The notes below the pieces were generated by a model, which saw only the letters and a program-made list of their open reading frames with translations, ran no database searches and was not told the DNA's origin. Below are positions 7,359 through 13,463 of a DNA stretch of 13,463 bases, in pieces. Each line of letters begins with the position of its first letter. Positions within the stretch are counted from its first letter, which is position 1. Origin of the DNA: a virus (taxonomy: Duplodnaviria; Heunggongvirae; Uroviricota; Caudoviricetes); IMG/VR virus record IMGVR_UViG_2529292718_000021; one strand, 5' to 3'. A program made the translations under genes and the position numbers.

Positions 7359-8702
7359 ATGGCTACGTGGCAACAGGGTATTAATTCTGGTGGTTTTCTG
7401 GCTGGCATCGGTGCGCAAAATGAGAATGCGCCAAAGGCAAGCGACATTAACGCAACGCTTGGTCTGATCCGCGAAAACAATGAACTGGCTCGCTCAGGTG
7501 CAAATAACGTTGCTCTGACAGGTCTTCGTGGTCTGGCTGGAGTTGCTGACATTTATAAGCAGCAGCAACAGCAGGAACGTAAAGCGGCATTCCAGAAAGG
7601 TTATGCAGATGCTTATGCGTCCGGTGACAGGGAGCAGATGCGTAATCTTATTACAGCATTCCCAGAAGAGTTTGAGGAAGTCCGTAAAGGGATGAGTTAT
7701 GTCGATGATGCTCAAAGGGATGATTATGGCAATCTGGCGCTCAAAGCACAGGTAGCCTCATCGCTTGGTCAGGGCGCATTTGGCAGGTTCATGATGGATA
7801 ATGAGCAGGAGATGCGTCGTTTAGGTATCCCTCCAGAAACTATTGCTGAAATGCAGGTTAATGACCCGCAGGGCTTCCAGCATTTCGCAGGTAATCTGGC
7901 GCTGTTTTCTCTCGGTCATGAGAAGTATTTCGATATCAAAGATCAAATGGAAGGTCGTCGACTTGAGCAAGGGCGACTGGATGAAAGTATGCGTCAGGCT
8001 GACATGGAGAACGCGAGAGGATGGGCAAATATCCAGAACGCTCAACTAGACAGGGCTCAGCGAGCACAAATTCACTCAGATGAGATGGGATTGAAGCTAA
8101 TGGAGCTGGGGCAAAAAGGTAAGCCGTCAGCAGACTTAATTAAGGGATTAAATTCTGACATTACCAATTTTGGCAAAAATTATAACTCTGTCAGAGCGGC
8201 GGCAAACTCTCTGCAAGCCCTTAGCAAGGTAAATACTGGCGCTGCCCAACTTGGGATTATCTTCAACTACATGAAATCTCTTGACCCGCAGTCAGTCGTT
8301 CGTGAAGGCGAACAGGTTCAGGTAATGCGGTCTGATGGCATATGGGGACAAATCAAAGGATACATAGACCAGCTTAATGCTGGAAACGGCCTGTCGCAGG
8401 AGGCAAAGGATAACATTGTTAACGCCGCAAAAATCAACGCCAATGCTATGGGGCAGCAGTTTAACCAGCAGGTTGACGAGTATCTCGATACATATGGAGA
8501 AACTATTCCTCAGGGGCTAAGAAAAAGCCTTGAAAGAAGGAAAGCGAAGCTATTTGACGATGTTTCCGGGCAGCCTACATCACAGGCTGGCACTGGACAG
8601 GCAAAAGCGGCAACCGGAGGAATATCAGAAGGCGCAACGGCAACCAACCCTAAAACTGGTCAGAAAATCATTTACAGGAACGGAAAATGGCAGCAAATGT
8701 AA
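7359..8702 (+). CDS. Large hypothetical protein (447 aa from ATG 7359; 451 aa if GTG 7347 is used). Gln/Asn/Ala/Gly-rich, predicted coiled-coil, no catalytic motif seen.
   Basis: Long ORF; poly-Q tract (QQQQQ); no Walker A, no HxH or other enzymatic signature by eye. Confidence 0.8.
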   Translation: MATWQQGINSGGFLAGIGAQNENAPKASDINATLGLIRENNELARSGANNVALTGLRGLAGVADIYKQQQQQERKAAFQKGYADAYASGDREQMRNLITAFPEEFEEVRKGMSYVDDAQRDDYGNLALKAQVASSLGQGAFGRFMMDNEQEMRRLGIPPETIAEMQVNDPQGFQHFAGNLALFSLGHEKYFDIKDQMEGRRLEQGRLDESMRQADMENARGWANIQNAQLDRAQRAQIHSDEMGLKLMELGQKGKPSADLIKGLNSDITNFGKNYNSVRAAANSLQALSKVNTGAAQLGIIFNYMKSLDPQSVVREGEQVQVMRSDGIWGQIKGYIDQLNAGNGLSQEAKDNIVNAAKINANAMGQQFNQQVDEYLDTYGETIPQGLRKSLERRKAKLFDDVSGQPTSQAGTGQAKAATGGISEGATATNPKTGQKIIYRNGKWQQM

Positions 8703-10804
8703 TCTTACCGGAAGGTTTTGTGCTCGATGAACAACCTGATAACTCACAGTTTCCTGATAGTTCACAGCTTCCTGATGGTTTTGTGCTTGATGCCCAACCA
8801 GAACAGCAGCAATCACCTTTGGTTTCACCAGAGGAAAATTCCAGACAGGAAAATGTTGTTAATAATGCTAACGGTTTCGACCGTTTTATGTATGGCGTTC
8901 TCAGTGGATTGATGGATGTTGGTAAAGGTGTTGGCCTGTTTCAGGATATGACACCAGAAGAGCAAGCCGCAATTCAGTCTCTACAGCAGAAGTTAGCGGC
9001 AAAACCATCAACCGCACAAGATGTTGGTGAGTTCGTTGGACAAGCAGCGCCATTTGTTAGTGGTGGTGGGATTATTTCTCAGGTTCCCAAAGGGGCGGCA
9101 AGACTGGCTGCCGCCGCAGGGCTTGGGGCTGGAGAAGGGGCTATTGTAGCCAATGGAACAAATAGCGATGTTGCTTCCGGCGCTGCTATTGGCGCTGTGG
9201 CTGGCCCTGTAGCCGAACTTGCTGGCCCTGCAATTAATAAAATAGCTGGGAAATTAACCAAGAAGAATGTTTCTTCGATTCCAGATATTGAGGGGATTAC
9301 TCCTACCGAAGAGAAAATTCGTAAGTTATCTGCACAAGGCAACCCAAATCTTGCCTCTTCGCTTGAAGGGCTAGATCTAAAACCTCAGAAAGAAATTGTT
9401 GAGGCTGCAAATAGGCTTCATGTTGATTCAGTTCTTCCTTCTCATTTATCAGGAAATGAGCAATACCAAGCTGTAGAGCAAGCCCTAAAGTCACGGACAG
9501 GATCAGCGTTAAAAGCTCAAGAAGATAAAGCAATAAGCGAATTAGCCTCTAGTGCTGGCAAGATAATCGATGATGTTGCTGGTGCGCCAGATGCGTTAGC
9601 TATGAGCGAAAAATATATTTATCAGATAAATAGTAGAATGGAAGCACTAAAAAACCGTAGTGATCAGTTATATAAACGTGTTGATTCCGCTCTATCACCA
9701 AGAACAAAAGTCGAAGCAAATAACACAAGCACTATGCTGGAAAAAATCGCTGATGATTTAGGAGGGTGGGATAATCTTGACCCAATAGAAAAGCGAGTTT
9801 TTACAGCAATAAACCCCGGCCCAGATAGCATCCTAACGTATGCAAATTTAAACAGGCAAAGGCGTTTAGTTGGTGATGCCCTAAATAAAAAGCAGGGGCC
9901 ATACAAAGATGCTGATAAAGAAGCGCTATCAAGACTATATGGAGCTTTAGCTGAAGACCAAAAATCTGTCTTATCCAATACTGGATACTTGCGAGATTTC
10001 GAAGTCGCACAACGCCTTGTAGCTATGAGAAAAAACTTAGAAAGGCAAATGGTAAATCTTCGCGGGAAAACACTTAATGGGGATATAGCGTATAAAGTAA
10101 CGAATTCTCTTCAATCTATGGCAAAAGGTGATGCGAGAGGGTTTCGTGAGATTATGCAAAATACTCCATCAAGAACATTGCGAAGGGAGCTAGTAGGAAC
10201 AGCATTAAGAGATATGCTTTCCTCTGGGAAGCGTGGGGCCGACTTTAATCCATCTGGCTTTGCAGATTGGTGGCAAAACTTGCAACACAGTGGACAGCTA
10301 AAGACTTTGGCTGAACATTTGCCAAAAGAAACAATGAGCGGACTATATGATGTATACAAAGTTGCCAGAGCAATAAAAAATGCTAAAGCGCATGAAATAT
10401 CTACTGGTAAGCTGAATGAGTTTGTAAACAGATTTAATCGGGTAACAGCTCCATACGAACTAGCAGCAAAACACATTCAAAAAATAGGCACGATGGTACG
10501 CGCTCATTTTGGATCGCTTGGAGCCATTGCTGGGGCTGATATTGGAGCAAGATTGGCGAGTAAAGCTCGATTAGCTGGTGGAGCAGGGGCGGCTGATGCT
10601 GCGGATAAATTAATTGCCTCGCCAGCCTTCCAGAGCGCAGTAAAAAATCTACACGGAAAAGCGCCTGGGCACATTGTTGATTCACGTATCAGGCGCTCCC
10701 CTCAATGGAAGAGTTTTTTTAACTCTCTTCCTGAACAGGAAAAACGGACCATCGCCAGACTGGGCATCATTACTTGGCTATCTAATGATCCAGATAATGA
10801 CTAG
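8687..10804 (+). CDS. Large hypothetical protein (705 aa), start overlapping the upstream gene by 16 nt. Has an N-terminal tandem peptide repeat and Gly/Ala-zipper-like segments; the gene is compositionally mosaic.
   Basis: Repeat LPEGFVLDEQP / LPDGFVLDAQP (DNA repeat GGTTTTGTGCT[C/T]GATG at 8714-8729 and 8777-8792, 63-bp period); segments such as AAAAGLGAGEGAIVANG and GSLGAIAGADIGARLA; the 5' third is near backbone GC while the 3' ~1.5 kb is clearly AT-richer. Confidence 0.85.
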   Translation: MAANVILPEGFVLDEQPDNSQFPDSSQLPDGFVLDAQPEQQQSPLVSPEENSRQENVVNNANGFDRFMYGVLSGLMDVGKGVGLFQDMTPEEQAAIQSLQQKLAAKPSTAQDVGEFVGQAAPFVSGGGIISQVPKGAARLAAAAGLGAGEGAIVANGTNSDVASGAAIGAVAGPVAELAGPAINKIAGKLTKKNVSSIPDIEGITPTEEKIRKLSAQGNPNLASSLEGLDLKPQKEIVEAANRLHVDSVLPSHLSGNEQYQAVEQALKSRTGSALKAQEDKAISELASSAGKIIDDVAGAPDALAMSEKYIYQINSRMEALKNRSDQLYKRVDSALSPRTKVEANNTSTMLEKIADDLGGWDNLDPIEKRVFTAINPGPDSILTYANLNRQRRLVGDALNKKQGPYKDADKEALSRLYGALAEDQKSVLSNTGYLRDFEVAQRLVAMRKNLERQMVNLRGKTLNGDIAYKVTNSLQSMAKGDARGFREIMQNTPSRTLRRELVGTALRDMLSSGKRGADFNPSGFADWWQNLQHSGQLKTLAEHLPKETMSGLYDVYKVARAIKNAKAHEISTGKLNEFVNRFNRVTAPYELAAKHIQKIGTMVRAHFGSLGAIAGADIGARLASKARLAGGAGAADAADKLIASPAFQSAVKNLHGKAPGHIVDSRIRRSPQWKSFFNSLPEQEKRTIARLGIITWLSNDPDND

Positions 10805-10809
10805 TGAAT

Positions 10810-10823
10810 GGCCACGGATGGCC
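10810..10823. terminator. Short inverted repeat GGCCA-CGGA-TGGCC between the convergent 705-aa and membrane-protein genes; weak candidate terminator.
   Basis: 5-bp GC-rich stem followed on the + strand by moderately T-rich TCAATCTTTATTCTTT. Confidence 0.35.
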
Positions 10824-11249
10824 TCAATCTTTATTCTTTGAAATAGAGTCATTGATCTTTTCGAAACACCAATGAAATCCACAAAAGAGAGCTACACCAA
10901 TATAACAATACAAAACTATCAACCACCTTTCAGTGTCCGAAGGGTAAAAAACATCAATTACATAAGCAACACCAATTGGTATTAATGCTAGTAATAACAT
11001 CGACACAGGACGTACAAACTTCTGAACTATATCAATTTTATAGAACCACAAGGCGGTATGTTTAATGATATAAGTAAAGATGGCTGCGCCAATAATGGCA
11101 AAAAACACCATCGATAAAGTCGGGTATAACTTTGCGACAATTAAACCCAACAAAATAATTATAACTGCCTGCCCCCTCACACCAACCCTCCCTTTAGCTT
11201 TGTTTAGAATGGCAATCATCATATATCCAAGACATGGCATTTGGTACAT
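10824..11249 (-). CDS. Integral membrane protein (141 aa, about 4 predicted TM helices), AT-rich, convergent with the 705-aa gene. An in-frame GTG at 11180 preceded by GGGAGGG may be the true start.
   Basis: Four hydrophobic stretches of 18-21 residues (AVIIILLGLIVAKLY, LSMVFFAIIGAAIFTYII, VSMLLLALIPIGVAYVIDVFY, WLIVLYCYIGVALFCGFHW); low GC. Confidence 0.75.
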   Translation of the reverse strand: MYQMPCLGYMMIAILNKAKGRVGVRGQAVIIILLGLIVAKLYPTLSMVFFAIIGAAIFTYIIKHTALWFYKIDIVQKFVRPVSMLLLALIPIGVAYVIDVFYPSDTERWLIVLYCYIGVALFCGFHWCFEKINDSISKNKD

Positions 11250-11295
11250 AGCTTGGGTCGGGATTTCAAATCCGCTCCCCGTTGATGGGGCCGTT

Positions 11296-11442
11296 ACAGT
11301 ACGCGCATATCCGCTTTATGTGAAACAGGAAGATTTTTCTGATATCACTGTCACAGCAAAACACCAATTTCGTGACCAGTACGCGCGCGAGGTGTATCAG
11401 TTGCAAAATTTTTTGCAGCTGTGTCCGACCAGTACGCACGCG
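11296..11442. repeat. Three degenerate copies of a GC-alternating motif (ACAGTACGCGC, ACCAGTACGCGCGCG, ACCAGTACGCACGCG) plus palindrome TGCAAAA-TT-TTTTGCA at 11402-11417, in DNA with no convincing gene.
   Basis: Motifs at 11296-11306, 11375-11389 and 11428-11442. They fall in different reading frames relative to the overlapping ORF 11080-11478, so the repeat is at DNA level. Confidence 0.55.
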
Positions 11443-11660
11443 ATGGCGGGGAGCACCATAAAACTGTTCTCTACATAAGACAGAGTGGTGGTGATGTGTT
11501 GATTATCGGCGTATATGCGCACAGGACGCGCTATGACGATGTTTTATGCGGGTACACCAATCACATGTATCTGGTGTGATAAATCGCGTTACATGACCTC
11601 TCATGTTGTGCTGGTGGTTATCACGACGTTCTGAATCTGGCCTTTGCCTGATATTTTGCG

Positions 11661-11680
11661 ACAAGTACGCGCGCGTAGCA
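11661..11680. repeat. Well-conserved copy of the ACAAGTACGCGCGCGTAGCA element, containing the perfect 12-bp palindrome TACGCGCGCGTA.
   Basis: Near-identical to the copy at 13030-13050 including flanks (TTTGCG-ACAAGTACGCGCGCGTAGCA). Confidence 0.6.
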
Positions 11681-11703
11681 TCGACAGCATACACATTGGA
11701 TAT

Positions 11704-11904
11704 TCATTTTGTGACCAATGCGATAAGTAGCGGGATAAGAATTGATAAAATCAACAGGACGATGATCCACTTCTGATTCTCGTCCATCTTATCTGCTAGG
11801 CGACGCTCCATTCCGTGCATATCACCGCGAATGGCAATCATCTCATTGCGAACATCCGAGAAGTGGTTGGCTTGATGTTCAATGTGTGGCGTTCTGCCTT
11901 TCAT
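11704..11904 (-). CDS. Small membrane protein (66 aa), N-terminal charged/coiled region plus a C-terminal TM helix; XhlA-like prophage protein (tentative).
   Basis: C-terminal WIIVLLILSILIPLLIALV hydrophobic helix; architecture resembles short XhlA-family proteins as remembered. Confidence 0.55.
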   Translation of the reverse strand: MKGRTPHIEHQANHFSDVRNEMIAIRGDMHGMERRLADKMDENQKWIIVLLILSILIPLLIALVTK

Positions 11905-11983
11905 TCCTGATCCTCACCTATCGTCACCACCTGCTGGTGTATAAAGGTATTGGCCCAAGCAGCTTTCCAATGGGCACTCATGT

Positions 11984-12439
11984 TTATACGCTGACCTTAC
12001 AATCAATCACCGCTTTTAACTTTTCAGCATTGCTTCCCTGACGCTTCCACGCGCTGTAAATATCTTTATCCCACGCTTTACCAGCTTTTGTTTGATAGCC
12101 TGCTTCATTGATCCGTTCAGCTATCACACGCCCATTATCAAATCCCTGTCGGATGGTATCGGCAATGATCTTTATAACTGCCGTTTCGTTATATGGCTTT
12201 GGTGGGATGTTCGGCTTTCCGGCAATAAGCGACGCAGCGGCTTTTTCCATGCGCTCCACCAGCCCAAGCATTCGTGAATCAATAGACTTTTTCGGCTGTC
12301 CCAGCTTCATGCGAATCGCATCAACAAGCCAGGAGGTTTTATCTCCTCCAGAAGCGAGAACAGACCGATTAAACTCATCCTGCAATTCAGATGGGATGCG
12401 GAACGCGACCAGATTAGATTTGCTCATTGCAAAGACCAT
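11984..12439 (-). CDS. Ribbon-helix-helix (Arc/Mnt/CopG-like) DNA-binding protein with a C-terminal extension; putative repressor. Alternative start at 12427.
   Basis: N-terminal NLVAFRIPSELQDEFNRSVLASGGDKTSWLVDAIRMKL follows the Arc/Mnt RHH pattern (compare P22 Mnt FNFRMPMEVREKL...); palindromic operator-like site immediately upstream. Confidence 0.7.
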   Translation of the reverse strand: MVFAMSKSNLVAFRIPSELQDEFNRSVLASGGDKTSWLVDAIRMKLGQPKKSIDSRMLGLVERMEKAAASLIAGKPNIPPKPYNETAVIKIIADTIRQGFDNGRVIAERINEAGYQTKAGKAWDKDIYSAWKRQGSNAEKLKAVIDCKVSV

Positions 12440-12456
12440 ATCAGTGAGTAATATCC

Positions 12457-12475
12457 ATACAGTATACCACTGTAT
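12457..12475. promoter_or_regulatory. Palindrome ATACAGT-ATACC-ACTGTAT upstream of the RHH gene; candidate operator.
   Basis: 7-bp arms are exact reverse complements; a related ACACTGTTATAC follows at 12477-12490. Confidence 0.45.
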
Positions 12476-12541
12476 AACACTGTTATACGCTCAAATATCA
12501 GCCAGAAAATAACGGACCAATCACAAATCTATCGCTGTGTT

Positions 12542-12592
12542 GTTGGTTCAGAGCTGGGCTGTGTTGGTTCAAAATGAGTTGATGTTGGTTCA
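12542..12592. repeat. Three direct GTTGGTTCA iterons spaced exactly 21 bp apart.
   Basis: Copies at 12542-12550, 12563-12571 and 12584-12592. Confidence 0.7.
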
Positions 12593-12635
12593 ATATTTCA
12601 GAAAAAACACAATAAAAACAACAATCTTTACAAAT

Positions 12636-12662
12636 TGAACCAACTGAACCAACTGAACCAAC
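12636..12662. repeat. Three tandem TGAACCAAC 9-mers (reverse complement of the upstream iterons), separated from them by an AT-rich spacer and overlapping the -35 region of the perC-like gene.
   Basis: Copies at 12636-12644, 12645-12653 and 12654-12662; AT-rich 12593-12635. Confidence 0.7.
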
Positions 12663-12685
12663 ACCTTTTTGCTTATCTATATAAT
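12654..12685 (+). promoter_or_regulatory. Candidate promoter of the PerC-like gene: consensus -10 TATAAT at 12680-12685, -35 embedded in the last TGAACCAAC repeat.
   Basis: TATAAT hexamer 14 nt upstream of the ATG at 12699, SD GAGAGG in between; non-canonical spacer. Confidence 0.35.
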
Positions 12686-12698
12686 CTGAGAGGCAGAA

Positions 12699-12980
12699 AT
12701 GATAAGGGACAGGAAAGCTGAAGAGCTGGAGTCAAAAGGGCTATACCGGAGAGCTGCCGCACGATGGATGGAAGTCATGCTGTTATGCACCGAGGACGAT
12801 GATCGGGAATGGATAAAGCGCCGCCGTGAAACGTGTCTGGAGAACGTGAAGCGCCCGCCCGTGAAGGTTGAGGAATTTGGCGACCTGCATAAAGCTGTTA
12901 CCGAAACGCAACACCGCATGGGGATAGCGCAACCGAACGGTAACGCCTTCCGGTTAAATGGCGGCAAGAGGCAAAGGTAG
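12699..12980 (+). CDS. perC: PerC-family transcriptional activator (93 aa).
   Basis: N-terminal MIRDRKAEELESKGLYRRAAARWMEVM matches the conserved PerC/Pch N-terminus as remembered. Confidence 0.8.
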   Translation: MIRDRKAEELESKGLYRRAAARWMEVMLLCTEDDDREWIKRRRETCLENVKRPPVKVEEFGDLHKAVTETQHRMGIAQPNGNAFRLNGGKRQR

Positions 12981-12984
12981 ACCA

Positions 12985-13006
12985 CCAGAGGGAAATCATC
13001 CTCTGG
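12985..13006 (+). terminator. Hairpin CCAGAGG-N8-CCTCTGG downstream of perC; weak candidate terminator.
   Basis: 7-bp perfect stem, followed by moderately U-rich CTGGCGGTTTCTGGTATTT. Confidence 0.35.
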
Positions 13007-13029
13007 CTGGCGGTTTCTGGTATTTCGGG

Positions 13030-13050
13030 ACAAGTACGCGCGCGCGTAGC
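13030..13050. repeat. Second well-conserved copy of the ACAAGTACGCGCGCG(CG)TAGC element, containing the perfect 14-bp palindrome TACGCGCGCGCGTA.
   Basis: Matches 11661-11680 including flanking bases. Confidence 0.6.
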
Positions 13051-13277
13051 ACCCAATCGGTGAGGAAATAGCGGCGACCTGAATGGTCAAAATCACAACG
13101 CAGCTATCCCCGTAAGCAGCGCTTAACGGAATAGCAGTAACCTGAATCCAGTGGGGAGGGGGTAGTCAAATCTCTACAGCCCTGACTATCCGGGACTGCC
13201 CGCCCCATCGTTTTTTTATACCCGCAAAAAATGAAATTTAATCCGGGCGTGTTTCATCCTTCCAGAGGGTATGACGT

Positions 13278-13463
13278 ATGACACCACGCGAAATAGCCTT
13301 ATTGACCATCGCCAAACTTGAGCACGGAGGCCACCAGCTTACACAGGCAGATCAACGGGAGATAGAACGCTCAGTTAATGCCGATATAGCCCGGCGCGAC
13401 AGGTTCCGCGAAATGATGCGAGCACCTGCCTACCAGTGGAAGAAGCCAGCGCCGCGCAGGTAG
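13278..13463 (+). CDS. Hypothetical small protein (61 aa).
   Basis: SD AGAGGG 8 nt upstream of the ATG; complete ORF ending at the window edge. Confidence 0.55.
   Translation: MTPREIALLTIAKLEHGGHQLTQADQREIERSVNADIARRDRFREMMRAPAYQWKKPAPRR

Larger units (their letters stand above)
1..10835. mobile_element. Integrase-anchored genomic island / satellite-like element (partial). Left attachment site lies outside the window; right boundary uncertain, possibly near the compositional break at about 10.8-11.3 kb.
   Basis: P4-type integrase at the left edge followed by AlpA, antirepressor and Icd-like genes typical of tRNA-associated islands and P4/PICI-like satellites; AT-rich cargo blocks at 1414-2295 and 9300-11250. 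Confidence 0.5.

Noticed and set aside
7359-10804. Primase/helicase or relaxase identity for the two large proteins
   Set aside because: No Walker A (GxxxxGK[ST]), no relaxase His-triad or primase motifs found by eye.
8687-11249. Pore-forming colicin plus opposite-strand immunity gene
   Set aside because: The layout (large Gly-rich protein followed by a convergent 4-TM membrane protein) resembles pore-forming colicin operons, but the 705-aa C-terminus lacks the ~35-40-residue hydrophobic helical hairpin of colicin pore domains, and I saw no LexA-box promoter or lysis gene. Kept only as a hypothesis to test.
11258-11290. Possible tRNA 3'-end fragment (att core repeat) suggested by GGGATTTCAAATCC
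   Set aside because: The sequence is a simple palindrome (GGATTT-C-AAATCC) with too short a loop for a T-arm and no acceptor-stem/CCA context. More likely an operator-like palindrome upstream of the membrane-protein gene. The real att core cannot be identified because the tRNA end is outside the window.
11080-11478. 132-aa + strand ORF
   Set aside because: Its 5' half is antisense to the membrane-protein gene, and its 3' half covers the DNA-level GC palindrome repeats, which fall in different reading frames; no RBS.
11610-11617. Chi site GCTGGTGG
   Set aside because: A single octamer occurrence is expected by chance at this scale.
11503-11694. 63-aa - strand ORF
   Set aside because: His/Arg/Cys-rich, non-protein-like translation, no RBS, inside the repeat-rich non-coding region.
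12455-12490. LexA (SOS) box
   Set aside because: The site has ACAG-N-CTGT orientation and CTGT direct repeats rather than the CTGT-N8-ACAG LexA consensus.
13071-13080. Lambda cos-like GCGGCGACCT
   Set aside because: Only a 10-nt match with no flanking similarity and no adjacent terminase genes; probably coincidental.
12092-13096. ORFs 12092-12277, 12108-12512 (+) and 12677-13096 (-)
   Set aside because: Antisense to or overlapping the RHH regulator and perC genes, which have family-level support.
1-13463. CRISPR arrays, rRNA/tRNA genes, IS transposases
   Set aside because: No regularly spaced identical repeats with unique spacers, no tRNA-like cloverleaf candidates and no transposase-like ORFs with terminal inverted repeats were seen.

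Overview
This window reads as the integrase-proximal part of a phage-satellite-like or cryptic-prophage island from an Enterobacteriaceae genome (probably Escherichia/Shigella, judged only from the gene families and roughly 50% GC backbone). All functional calls come from reading the translations and DNA by eye and from memory of protein families; no similarity search, RNA covariance model or structure prediction was run. From the left: a P4-family tyrosine integrase, an AT-rich cargo gene of unknown function, an AlpA-like regulator, a P22 Ant-like antirepressor, a DUF4222-like protein, an immunity-like leader with hairpins, an Icd-like gene, and a coupled string of small ORFs ending in a 245-aa protein. 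A repeat-dense non-coding region follows, then the most interesting module: a promoter/terminator-delimited operon of a small RHH-like protein plus two large low-complexity proteins (447 and 705 aa), facing a convergent AT-rich 4-TM membrane protein gene. The right end holds a region with dispersed GC-alternating palindromes and no convincing gene, a small XhlA-like membrane protein, a larger RHH regulator, an iteron array, a PerC-family activator and one more small ORF. I saw no rRNA, tRNA, CRISPR array, transposase, primase/helicase or capsid/terminase gene.
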